Shown piece by piece: positions 9,785 to 17,181 of a stretch of 20,000 nt of DNA; positions within the stretch are counted from its first letter, which is position 1, and every line of letters starts with the position of its first letter. A program made the position numbers and the translations under genes. Under the pieces are notes generated by a model that worked only from the letters and a program-made list of their open reading frames with translations, made no database searches and was not told the origin of the DNA. Where the stretch lies: the IMG/VR virus record IMGVR_UViG_3300045996_000972. One strand, written 5' to 3'. Source of the stretch: an uncultured virus (IMG/VR IMGVR_UViG_3300045996_000972). Lineage: Duplodnaviria; Heunggongvirae; Uroviricota; Caudoviricetes.

Positions 9785-10006
9785 TTATATACTACTAAGC
9801 TCTTGGTATGCTGTGTTAAGGCATTTGCAGCACTCTTTCATTTTCTTTACTGCCATTTCGGAATCCCGGTGCCAGATACTTGTTGGCGATGCTATTACTC
9901 TTTTCTGCGCTAGTTCTTCCTCCTCTATGACTTGGCGAATGTGGCTCAACAGTTCATTGACCCGGAAAGACAGTTCCGTTATTTCGTATCGTCTAGCCTT
10001 ATTCAT
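9785..10006 (-). CDS. Small helical phage protein
   Basis: MNKARR...IEEEE start pattern typical of small coiled-coil phage proteins; ATG at 10006 overlaps the upstream stop region. Confidence 0.6.
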   Translation of the reverse strand: MNKARRYEITELSFRVNELLSHIRQVIEEEELAQKRVIASPTSIWHRDSEMAVKKMKECCKCLNTAYQELSSI

Positions 10007-10253
10007 TTTCGAGGCTGTCTGTTCGTTCCTGCATATACTCTTGGAGCTGGTGCCGCAAGAATGAAGGACTAAGCAATGGCTTGTCGCTGGTGGTGAATCC
10101 GTGAAGCCCATCAGTAATTTCGTACTGGACCCCCAATATCTTTTCTTTGAACTTGATCTCTTTCACCATCATTCTACCTGCCTGGAAGATGATCCTTGTC
10201 GTCGGCTTATTAAAGTCGAACAAATCTTTTACTAACCTCAATAGCTTAATCAT
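9999..10253 (-). CDS. Hypothetical protein
   Basis: 84-aa ORF packed within the operon. Confidence 0.55.
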   Translation of the reverse strand: MIKLLRLVKDLFDFNKPTTRIIFQAGRMMVKEIKFKEKILGVQYEITDGLHGFTTSDKPLLSPSFLRHQLQEYMQERTDSLENE

Positions 10254-10263
10254 AGCTGGCCTT

Positions 10264-10956
10264 TTAGTGTCCGTAAATTTTTGTTGGTTTTCGGCTCTTT
10301 AGCTGCCAACCTTTGTTAGCAGCCTCCGAATACGGTGGCAGAAGTTTAGAAAACTTCTTTTTCAGCACCAGTCCTTCGTACATATCTATTGTCGCGAGAT
10401 CGTGGTACAGGGTGCGGAAGTTGTTCTCGTAGGAACAAACACGCCAAATATTGTCTAATGGGGTAGTATATAAATATTCCTTGCTGACAATTCCATCAGG
10501 TGTGCTTTTCATCAGTGTATCACCGTATAGATCTCGTAACAGGAATATTCTATCGAGGGTGGTACTGCCGGTGAGAACCTGGCCATTGAAAACAAGAATA
10601 TCAAAGATTATGAAATTTCCATTGAAGTTGGCACCTGATTCGTCCTTTTTGCTTTTCTCCATCCATTCGCCATTGAGAACCATGTAGCCTGTGCCCCGGT
10701 GAAGGGCTGCGAAGTTGATCCGGCTGGCGATATCGCCGGTCTTGTCTTGGTTGTGGCGGTTCATGACCTTGTTGGTAGTGCCATCCATGAATATGAGGGT
10801 ATTTGCTCCGTTCAGCTTTGGTTGAGCAATAAACGTTCCATCATCGTATTTGTCAAGGCTTTCCGGTGGCGTTTTCTGTTCTGGCCGTGGGCTATACAGG
10901 TAGCGGTACTGGTTGTACGGTGTGGCCATTGGTGCTATCAGTTTGGTATCAATCAT
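10264..10956 (-). CDS. Minimal ATP-dependent polynucleotide ligase (nucleotidyltransferase domain only; DNA or RNA substrate unresolved)
   Basis: Motif I AQPKLNGAN, Ia MNRH, III LNGEW, IIIa IIFDIL, IV YEGLVLKK, V WQLKSR; no room for an OB domain. Start is 10956 (ATGA overlap) or 10929 (motif-associated). Confidence 0.8.
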   Translation of the reverse strand: MIDTKLIAPMATPYNQYRYLYSPRPEQKTPPESLDKYDDGTFIAQPKLNGANTLIFMDGTTNKVMNRHNQDKTGDIASRINFAALHRGTGYMVLNGEWMEKSKKDESGANFNGNFIIFDILVFNGQVLTGSTTLDRIFLLRDLYGDTLMKSTPDGIVSKEYLYTTPLDNIWRVCSYENNFRTLYHDLATIDMYEGLVLKKKFSKLLPPYSEAANKGWQLKSRKPTKIYGH

Positions 10957-11123
10957 CTTGCTAAAAATTCAAAGTGTTTTAATTGGTTGAGATCGTTTTT
11001 AAGAACCTTCACTTTATTATGGGCTTTCCATACATTCTTCACCTGCCCGGTCCTGATACGCGCCTCTATTGCGGCAATTTGCGCCTCAATGCTGGCGACG
11101 TTCTGCTTCTTCCGTTGCATCAT
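10953..11123 (-). CDS. Small basic hypothetical protein (56 aa, not in ORF track)
   Basis: MMQRKKQNVASIEAQIAAIEARIRTGQVKNVWKAHNKVKVLKNDLNQLKHFEFLAR fills the gap and ends in an ATGA overlap with the ligase. Confidence 0.55.
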   Translation of the reverse strand: MMQRKKQNVASIEAQIAAIEARIRTGQVKNVWKAHNKVKVLKNDLNQLKHFEFLAR

Positions 11124-11367
11124 CTATTTCTTTTTGGCGTTTAGCAATGTCAATTACTTTGGCACCTGCGACAAATGCCATGTTCTCCCGGTGTTGCTCC
11201 GGGGTAATGATCCCGGCCTCTATCATCACCTTGCCGTATTCGCTGGCCCATTTCCGCCAATGGGATATGTGCCCCCAGGTAACAACCATTTCCATGACGT
11301 ACCTGTTCTGGTATGCGTCCAGATGATGCTGATACATTTGTTTCGCGAAGTCGTCGTAAGGGATCAT
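11086..11367 (-). CDS. Hypothetical protein
   Basis: 93 aa, ATGA-coupled. Confidence 0.6.
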   Translation of the reverse strand: MIPYDDFAKQMYQHHLDAYQNRYVMEMVVTWGHISHWRKWASEYGKVMIEAGIITPEQHRENMAFVAGAKVIDIAKRQKEIDDATEEAERRQH

Positions 11368-11552
11368 GCTGCTAGTGCTTTAATCAGTTGTGCGCTGGTT
11401 TCAGCAATAATTACCGCGATCTCGGTAGCCTGGCCGGCTGGCTGCGGCTGGCCGTCAACCATTCGCCATTTGTTACCTCTGTGGTCAATTCCTTCGTTGC
11501 CGTTCCATTCAACATGGAACCAAAAGCCTGATATATGGAATGAAGTTTTCAT
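11364..11552 (-). CDS. Hypothetical protein
   Basis: 62 aa, ATGA overlaps at both ends. Confidence 0.6.
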   Translation of the reverse strand: MKTSFHISGFWFHVEWNGNEGIDHRGNKWRMVDGQPQPAGQATEIAVIIAETSAQLIKALAA

Positions 11553-11806
11553 AAGTTCGAGTTTATGTATTCTCTGACAATAAGAACTTGTTCTTTTAAG
11601 CCTACAATAACCAGCACATCGTATGTGCCATCTATACCTACCGAAGTTTTCTCATAGTATTTTTTATGCTGCGGATCATAGTGCATTTCCTTCACCTTAA
11701 TAGGCATCTTCTTGTTTCGTGATGCCATCCATTCCAGTAGCAATCGCGGGGCCATACCTTCGGCTGGTATAACTAGGCTATCGTATGCTATGTGTGATTT
11801 TTCCAT
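11549..11806 (-). CDS. Hypothetical protein
   Basis: Start at MEKSHIAY avoids overlap with the upstream gene. Confidence 0.6.
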   Translation of the reverse strand: MEKSHIAYDSLVIPAEGMAPRLLLEWMASRNKKMPIKVKEMHYDPQHKKYYEKTSVGIDGTYDVLVIVGLKEQVLIVREYINSNL

Positions 11807-11809
11807 GAT

Positions 11810-11838
11810 AAAAAAAGTGCCGGAGTATGCCGTCCGGC
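11810..11838 (-). terminator. Putative intrinsic terminator/attenuator inside the minus-strand gene array
   Basis: Minus strand GCCGGA-CGGCATAC-TCCGGC-AC-TTTTTTT, just after the stop at 11850. Confidence 0.6.
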
Positions 11839-11849
11839 TCGGCTGGTTT

Positions 11850-12212
11850 TCAGCTTTCTTGTAATAGTTCCGGTTCTTCGCTGTCGGCGGCATGGTCAAC
11901 ATCGAAGTCCAACAGTCCACCCAGGTAGATCAGGTGTGCCGCTTTCCGGTAGCAAATGATAACGTTGGTCCTGTTGGTCCCCGATATCGGCTTCCGTTCT
12001 TTGATATAAACATCCGGGAATTGCGTCAAGGCATCTTCCAGTTTCTCTATCTCTGCATCATTCAGGATGATGCCATGCGTCTGGTCAACGCTTTGCAATT
12101 CTTTCTGGCAGTTTGCAATCGCCACCTTCAGATTATCCTGCAATGGCTTACTGGTGGGGTTACTAAGCAGGTTTGAGGCTGCGGCTAATAACGCTCTGGC
12201 TGTCCCTCTCAT
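11850..12212 (-). CDS. Hypothetical protein
   Basis: 120-aa ORF with an A-rich leader. Confidence 0.65.
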   Translation of the reverse strand: MRGTARALLAAASNLLSNPTSKPLQDNLKVAIANCQKELQSVDQTHGIILNDAEIEKLEDALTQFPDVYIKERKPISGTNRTNVIICYRKAAHLIYLGGLLDFDVDHAADSEEPELLQES

Positions 12213-12245
12213 GGTTGAGTTTTTTATAGTGGTTAATGGGGTGGC

Positions 12246-12878
12246 TTACTTGTCTTCCTTGTACTTGAGCTGGCACACGGGCTGGATATTGTAGAAAAAT
12301 CCTTCCCTGCTTTCGGCCGGAACCTGCATCAGCCTGTTGATCGCGCCTTTTGCTACGGCGTACTTTATTTCCTGTATTAACAGGTCGGCTTTGTCACCAT
12401 CAGGAATGGAAGGGCAATTCATAATGGCTTCGCTCAACGCTTCCATGTGCTTTTCCAACAGATCCGCGTTAAAGGAAAACGTTGTGTTCTCCGAAACAAT
12501 ATCTTCTCCGTACCAGTTGCGCAGCTCGGCAGCTCTTTCTGCATCCTTGATGCTTATGTAGCGGTCCATGACGATCATCATGAACTTTCCGCCATGCTCG
12601 CCTTTCAGGATGAAGCTGCCTGGGTTTGTCTTTTGTGTTTGGTACAGGGAAAGGAAACGGCTCTGTCCTTCCTGCTTAATGTCGTTCTCCAGTGATTTTG
12701 CCTCCGCTTCATGTTCCTCCATCAGCTTCTTTATTTCTGCCAGTCTTTTCAGCTTGGTAGAAAAGCCTTGGTGTTCGGATTCCTTCACCAGTACTTCCAG
12801 TTTGTCGTCTTTCTTTACTGGTGTTTCTTTCTTTTTGGCAGCCGCGAATAGGTTCGGCTTGGTAGTCGTTGTGTCCAT
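12246..12878 (-). CDS. Hypothetical protein with coiled-coil segment
   Basis: 210 aa; LKRLAEIKKLMEEHEAEAKSLENDIK is coiled-coil-like; first gene downstream of the promoter at 12911-12941. Confidence 0.8.
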   Translation of the reverse strand: MDTTTTKPNLFAAAKKKETPVKKDDKLEVLVKESEHQGFSTKLKRLAEIKKLMEEHEAEAKSLENDIKQEGQSRFLSLYQTQKTNPGSFILKGEHGGKFMMIVMDRYISIKDAERAAELRNWYGEDIVSENTTFSFNADLLEKHMEALSEAIMNCPSIPDGDKADLLIQEIKYAVAKGAINRLMQVPAESREGFFYNIQPVCQLKYKEDK

Positions 12879-12910
12879 TGTGTTATTGTTTTTGTTATCA
12901 GTTTAGAATA

Positions 12911-12941
12911 CTAAGTTATACAAGTTCCAGATAATTACAAA
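12911..12941 (-). promoter_or_regulatory. Bacteroidota sigmaA-type promoter
   Basis: TTTG-19 nt-TAACTTAG (consensus TTTG-N19-21-TAnnTTTG, one mismatch). Confidence 0.75.
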
Positions 12942-13138
12942 TTTATTTTGTTCTTTTTCCTGAACTCTATGTGCAGGAACCGGGGATCGATCAGGGCAAT
13001 CCGGCTCTTGCCTACATAGACCGCGCATATTCTTTTGTCCTCTAATGCGTTATAGACAGTCGTTGTTGATACGCCTTTTATTTTGGCATATTCCGGGACG
13101 GTAAGATGCTTTGCTAACTGGAAGGAATGATTTCGCAT
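12935..13138 (-). CDS. Small HTH DNA-binding protein (excisionase/HTH_17-like)
   Basis: LTVPEYAKIKGVSTTTVYNALEDKRI followed by a wing-like beta segment; 67 aa from MRNHSF. Confidence 0.75.
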   Translation of the reverse strand: MRNHSFQLAKHLTVPEYAKIKGVSTTTVYNALEDKRICAVYVGKSRIALIDPRFLHIEFRKKNKINL

Positions 13139-13145
13139 GGTAATT

Positions 13146-13643
13146 TTATTTTGATACAGCGGCCTTTGTTTCTTCAATGGTTTTGAGCATATCCGCCTCT
13201 GTCTCGATCTCAACCTCCAGTTCATTCACATTCACTTCTTCGCCTGGATCGGCAAATTCATTTTCTTCTGTCAGGAGAATAGCTTTGATCGGGCTGGTAG
13301 CGGTAACGCTTTCTACCCTGTCGTCTTGAACGTGGATCAGGACGGTGGCCACTGGTGCCGGCTCCACCTTCGGTATGTCCTTTTCTTTCGCCAGCTTGTG
13401 GCTCTTTTCGTTGTAGTATTCATATCCCGGTTCGCCCTTGCGGAAAAACTCTATTATTTCGCTACCATGATAAACATGGGTTGGTGCGCGCAATTCGTAG
13501 ATGGTTTCCTGTACTTCTTCCTTTTCATCTGCCCATGACAATTCTTCTCTGGCAATGCGGATGGCATCTTCCGGGCTGTTAGCTTCTACCAGCTTTGTCG
13601 CAACAGTAGTGCAGTAAGAGGCAACTTCAAATACTTTTTTCAT
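13146..13643 (-). CDS. Hypothetical acidic protein
   Basis: 165 aa, Glu-rich; contains VEANSPEDAIRIARE. Confidence 0.7.
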   Translation of the reverse strand: MKKVFEVASYCTTVATKLVEANSPEDAIRIAREELSWADEKEEVQETIYELRAPTHVYHGSEIIEFFRKGEPGYEYYNEKSHKLAKEKDIPKVEPAPVATVLIHVQDDRVESVTATSPIKAILLTEENEFADPGEEVNVNELEVEIETEADMLKTIEETKAAVSK

Positions 13644-13912
13644 AAATGGTTTTTAAGTTTTTGTAATAGATCATTCCAGTACAGTCTATGCTTTTCGGGG
13701 ATAGGATGCGTTATGCCGTCGCTGATCTGGTGAGTATACCCGGCCATTTCCTCCGCCTGTGCTATGGCTCCCGGTAGGTCCGTCACCTCAATACTCTTGC
13801 CGTCTATATCGGTCACTCGCAAGGGACCGGCTGGCCTGGCGGCTGGCGGCGGCGTGGCGAAAAGGCTTTGCTGCGTTCCTCTGAACAGGTCCATTTGTGG
13901 GGCTGGTATCAT
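13640..13912 (-). CDS. Hypothetical protein
   Basis: TDIDGKSIEVTDLPGAIAQA...YWNDLLQKL resembles a small Bacteroidota mobile-element family (recollection, not searched); ATGA overlaps. Confidence 0.65.
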   Translation of the reverse strand: MIPAPQMDLFRGTQQSLFATPPPAARPAGPLRVTDIDGKSIEVTDLPGAIAQAEEMAGYTHQISDGITHPIPEKHRLYWNDLLQKLKNHL

Positions 13913-14121
13913 GGGTTTATAGCTTTTGAGATCAAAAATCGGGCAACGCCAACAGACTCCGGGCACACGTCAACCCATGCGGCGCAATCATCATTCCCGG
14001 AAACGGGCATAGACTTGTATGCGAATCCGGCCGCATCTAAGGCTTTACAAACCGCAGGGTGTAGTTTCCAGTCATACTTTACATAAAGCCGGAACCGTTC
14101 GTTAAGTGCTATTGTTTTCAT
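13909..14121 (-). CDS. Hypothetical protein
   Basis: 70 aa, ATGA overlaps. Confidence 0.6.
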   Translation of the reverse strand: MKTIALNERFRLYVKYDWKLHPAVCKALDAAGFAYKSMPVSGNDDCAAWVDVCPESVGVARFLISKAINP

Positions 14122-14246
14122 TTGACAAGGAGTATTGCGTAGGCCAGTATCAGCAATACAGCGATAAAGGCATACTTGTTTCTTTGGCGAGATCTCGCCT
14201 CTAGTTTTTCGGTCAGGTGCTTTACAACTTCTTCTCCGTAGTTCAT
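14118..14246 (-). CDS. Small membrane protein
   Basis: 42 aa from MNYGEEV with a C-terminal hydrophobic helix YAFIAVLLILAYAILLV. Confidence 0.55.
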   Translation of the reverse strand: MNYGEEVVKHLTEKLEARSRQRNKYAFIAVLLILAYAILLVK

Positions 14247-14251
14247 AAGGG

Positions 14252-14548
14252 TTAATCTAAATGAATGAAAACTCCTGTTTCTAAAAATGTGTTGTGAACG
14301 TTCAGCAGTTCTTTGATGTCGTCGGTAGTTGTCCAAAATGTATACTCGTTAAATGTATCTTCATCTTCAATTCGCAGGGTAAGAAATTCGTCCGTTTCTA
14401 GCGCGCCTAACGCCCACTTGGTATACTTAATAACAGCCTTTCTAATGTATTCTTTATTCCCCTTTTCAATTACGCAGACTTCCGCGCTTCTCATGCCTGT
14501 CTTTCTGAACATTTGCAGGCTATCCTTAATGTGCTTTGAAGTTATCAT
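14252..14548 (-). CDS. Hypothetical protein
   Basis: 98-aa packed ORF. Confidence 0.6.
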   Translation of the reverse strand: MITSKHIKDSLQMFRKTGMRSAEVCVIEKGNKEYIRKAVIKYTKWALGALETDEFLTLRIEDEDTFNEYTFWTTTDDIKELLNVHNTFLETGVFIHLD

Positions 14549-14559
14549 GCCGTGGTGGT

Positions 14560-14784
14560 TTAGAATGTTTGCTTGTCTCGATATACTTGGTTCATTTTAA
14601 TATCCACTATTGAATAACCTCCACCATCCACGATCCCCAACAGGAAATTAAGATCGGCTCCGGTTTGCTTTGCGTGTTTACGCATAGCAGCTTTCAGCAG
14701 CTTTTCAATATCCTTTACCGATGACGACTGCTTTACAGCTAAATGGAATGTGTAGTTGGCGGTTTCAAGTATAACCAGTTTCAT
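14560..14784 (-). CDS. Hypothetical protein
   Basis: 74 aa, TGATG-coupled. Confidence 0.65.
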   Translation of the reverse strand: MKLVILETANYTFHLAVKQSSSVKDIEKLLKAAMRKHAKQTGADLNFLLGIVDGGGYSIVDIKMNQVYRDKQTF

Positions 14785-15056
14785 CAGTCGTTATTTATCG
14801 TTAATAATTTAGTGGCCTGGTCCTGTTGATCCTTCCGGTAACTGTTGCGGATCATTATTTCAAAGTCGTTGTCGAATACTGCCAGATACCAGTCGTACCC
14901 TTCCGCGCTTTTCCATTGGTGGTCAAACTTGCTCACTGGTTGTCGGCTATATCCGATAGCGGTGTTATTTACTTTTGTCAGCAGGTCGCGAACGTCCTTA
15001 AAGCTGGCATAGATGCTAACACTATGCTTTCTCATTTGTGGGGTATTGGTATTCAT
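14784..15056 (-). CDS. Hypothetical protein
   Basis: 90-aa packed ORF. Confidence 0.65.
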   Translation of the reverse strand: MNTNTPQMRKHSVSIYASFKDVRDLLTKVNNTAIGYSRQPVSKFDHQWKSAEGYDWYLAVFDNDFEIMIRNSYRKDQQDQATKLLTINND

Positions 15057-15069
15057 AAGCAGTATATTG

Positions 15070-15119
15070 AGAAGTGGGACGGCTCGAACGTCCCGGCTTC
15101 GCCTTTACGATTCACTTCT
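15070..15119 (-). ncRNA. tRNA-like element lacking an anticodon arm
   Basis: AGAAGTG-AA-TCG(TAAAGG)CGA-AGCCG-GGACG(TTCGAGC)CGTCC-CACTTCT: 7-bp acceptor-like stem, D-like hairpin, 5-bp T stem with a 7-nt TTCGA loop. Confidence 0.55.
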
Positions 15120-15243
15120 GTTGAAAAAAGAAATTCGGGTTGTTTGTCGGGCAATTACTCTTGCTAGGCATCTTCGCGCAGCTCGCGAACAGTAGCGCGA
15201 CAATTCCGATAAGGATGATCCGCAGATCGATAGATTTTTTCAT
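15112..15243 (-). CDS. Small lipoprotein (43 aa, not in ORF track)
   Basis: MKKSIDLRIILIGIVALLFAS-C-AKMPSKSNCPTNNPNFFFQQK: basic N-terminus, hydrophobic core, lipobox Cys22; directly downstream of a promoter and leader. Confidence 0.75.
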   Translation of the reverse strand: MKKSIDLRIILIGIVALLFASCAKMPSKSNCPTNNPNFFFQQK

Positions 15244-15278
15244 GGTGTGTTATTGTTTTTGGTTATCAGTTTGAAATG

Positions 15279-15309
15279 CTAAGTTATACAGATACAAGAT
15301 AATTCCAAA
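15279..15309 (-). promoter_or_regulatory. Bacteroidota sigmaA-type promoter
   Basis: TTTG-19 nt-TAACTTAG; near-copy of 12911-12941. Confidence 0.75.
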
Positions 15310-15311
15310 TT

Positions 15312-15641
15312 TTATTTTCTGCTATGCATACGATTGAATTTGTCAATCATTTGCATCCCATAAGCCGCAACCACGTCCATTTGTTTAGGCGTAGGGACGA
15401 ATTGTAGCAGGTATTCCCGGTAGCTGGTGGTGTAGTCATAAGATAGGCGAATAGCTTCGCTTCCGGGATTGGAACGGTTTACTTTATCCAACTCTAGTAG
15501 CAGATCGATCGCTTTCCGCGATACCTTTTCGCCTTGCTCTGCAAACTCGCGTGTGCTGGTGAACTCCGGGACCCGTCCCGCTTGCGCGGCAGCCTGGGCG
15601 ATCCATTTCGCTATTTCCTTTGCTTTCTTCTCTTGTATCAT
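15312..15641 (-). CDS. Hypothetical protein
   Basis: 109 aa; start abuts the upstream stop. Confidence 0.7.
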   Translation of the reverse strand: MIQEKKAKEIAKWIAQAAAQAGRVPEFTSTREFAEQGEKVSRKAIDLLLELDKVNRSNPGSEAIRLSYDYTTSYREYLLQFVPTPKQMDVVAAYGMQMIDKFNRMHSRK

Positions 15642-15839
15642 TCAACTTGGTTTTTGTGTTAACTGGTTTACGGCATCATCGCACCACTCGCTAATTTGTA
15701 GTGCCAGTTCGTCAAACGATTTGCTGAAAGGGTAATGTTCGGCAAATGTTAGCGGTCCTTCGTACTGGTCCCACTCTTTGCTCAATTCGTTGGCGGCTTG
15801 TTTGAAAGCTGACAGTGCCCTAATAAAGTGACTGTTCAT
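15642..15839 (-). CDS. Hypothetical protein
   Basis: 65 aa containing YPFSKSFDEL; ATGA overlap. Confidence 0.65.
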   Translation of the reverse strand: MNSHFIRALSAFKQAANELSKEWDQYEGPLTFAEHYPFSKSFDELALQISEWCDDAVNQLTQKPS

Positions 15840-16066
15840 GGTTTTGTTTTTGGGTATTGTGAATGTGATTTTCCAGTGTGATGATACAGGCCATTGTTCA
15901 CTCGCGGATGATCCGTTGTGTATTTGGAGTATGCGCAGGCGCTAATTACAGTGCTGAACAGGTGGTTTATATTTAGCGCGTTTCGCATCTGTCGTTCGTT
16001 TATGCGCTGGTGAATGTTCAGCCGGAAATATGGCGCGTACATTTGTTTTAGCATTGTCTTTTTCAT
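15836..16066 (-). CDS. Hypothetical basic protein
   Basis: 76 aa from MKKTMLKQ, ATGA overlaps on both sides. Confidence 0.5.
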   Translation of the reverse strand: MKKTMLKQMYAPYFRLNIHQRINERQMRNALNINHLFSTVISACAYSKYTTDHPRVNNGLYHHTGKSHSQYPKTKP

Positions 16067-16485
16067 GGTAGCTCTTGATATTGGGTGGTTAAGGCTTTTA
16101 TCAGTCTTTCGCCTATGCTCTGAACAAAAGAGAAAGCATTGGCTTTTGTGTAGGTGAGGCTGCCAACCTCTACCTTGCCTTCGCTGAACAGCAATATATC
16201 GTCTGTTATTTGTTGAAGGCTGCATCTTTGCTCCAGTCTATTGGGGATGATAGACAGGCAACCAAGGAAACCCTTCTCCCATGCGTAATAGGCTTTCATG
16301 CAATCCACAAACGCCAGGGTTTCGCCGTAGTCCTTACCATTGGTCCGGGTGCTGTCGTATTTCTCAATATAGACTCCATCATTTCTTCCGGCAGCGTTTA
16401 GCCTGAACTTAACACCGTACAGGTCCAATCGCCTGTTCACGTGTTTTATTTCTTCTCTTATCTTGTCTTTAGAGTGCTGGTTCAT
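16063..16485 (-). CDS. Hypothetical protein
   Basis: 140 aa, ATGA-coupled. Confidence 0.65.
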   Translation of the reverse strand: MNQHSKDKIREEIKHVNRRLDLYGVKFRLNAAGRNDGVYIEKYDSTRTNGKDYGETLAFVDCMKAYYAWEKGFLGCLSIIPNRLEQRCSLQQITDDILLFSEGKVEVGSLTYTKANAFSFVQSIGERLIKALTTQYQELP

Positions 16486-16667
16486 TTTACCAATTTTGAG
16501 ATTATGAAAAGTTCACCCATTAGAACGGCTCCGGCTCCGCAGGCGATAACAAGTCGCTCGTTTGAGGTAGGGTGAAATGGCTGACAAATTACAGCGTATG
16601 CAGCACCAGCAACCAGTAAGAGGCAGGTGAGCAATAGCATCGTAGGAAATACATTTTTGTTGAGCAT
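16482..16667 (-). CDS. Small membrane protein (two hydrophobic segments)
   Basis: 61 aa with two hydrophobic stretches. Confidence 0.6.
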   Translation of the reverse strand: MLNKNVFPTMLLLTCLLLVAGAAYAVICQPFHPTSNERLVIACGAGAVLMGELFIISKLVK

Positions 16668-16670
16668 GGC

Positions 16671-16871
16671 TTATGAATTTATGCAGGTGTAAATATTTGT
16701 ATCATCTTCCCACTTGTCACCCTCCTCCGCTTCCTTCGCCCATTCGCCTAACTCCTCATCATGCCAGCTAAGGGTTGGCGGTTCGGTTTCGGCGGCAGAT
16801 ACAATAGCATCCAGTGTAATGCGCTCCCTAAAGCCTCTACCGGATTTGTCTTTCCATAAGAACATTTTCAT
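16671..16871 (-). CDS. Small acidic hypothetical protein
   Basis: 66 aa containing LGEWAKEAEEGDKWE. Confidence 0.65.
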   Translation of the reverse strand: MKMFLWKDKSGRGFRERITLDAIVSAAETEPPTLSWHDEELGEWAKEAEEGDKWEDDTNIYTCINS

Positions 16872-16900
16872 AAAAAGTATTTTTAGTAGTGAATGGATGA

Positions 16901-17143
16901 TTATTTCCGTAACGGTTCGGTGGAATGGTTCAGTAATTCCATGATCGCGCCATCCGCCGTGGCTGCGTCAATGTGTTTATTCAACCAGTCGGCATCGGTT
17001 ACTATCAATGTATCTTGGTGAACATGGTCGGGTAGTAGTATCTGGCCATTATAGAACCCCTGCGGGGCACTGTTCATTGAACTCCACAATAACAGGATGA
17101 TAAGAACAAAACCCAATACTGAGCAAGACATTAGCTTTTTCAT
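16901..17143 (-). CDS. Small protein with N-terminal signal/TM segment
   Basis: MKKLMSCSVLGFVLIILLLW; upstream GACTGATACC. Confidence 0.65.
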   Translation of the reverse strand: MKKLMSCSVLGFVLIILLLWSSMNSAPQGFYNGQILLPDHVHQDTLIVTDADWLNKHIDAATADGAIMELLNHSTEPLRK

Positions 17144-17181
17144 GTTACAATTTTTGTGTTATGGTATCAGTCGCCAGGCGT

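Noticed and set aside
10699..11577. 292-aa + strand ORF
   Set aside because: Antisense shadow of the ligase and neighbouring coupled minus-strand genes; its composition is not protein-like.
12246..12878. Gam-like host-nuclease inhibitor call
   Set aside because: Only generic coiled-coil resemblance; no diagnostic motif recognised.
15070..15119. Canonical tRNA gene or intrinsic terminator
   Set aside because: No anticodon arm and too short for a tRNA; no U-tract follows the stem on the coding strand.
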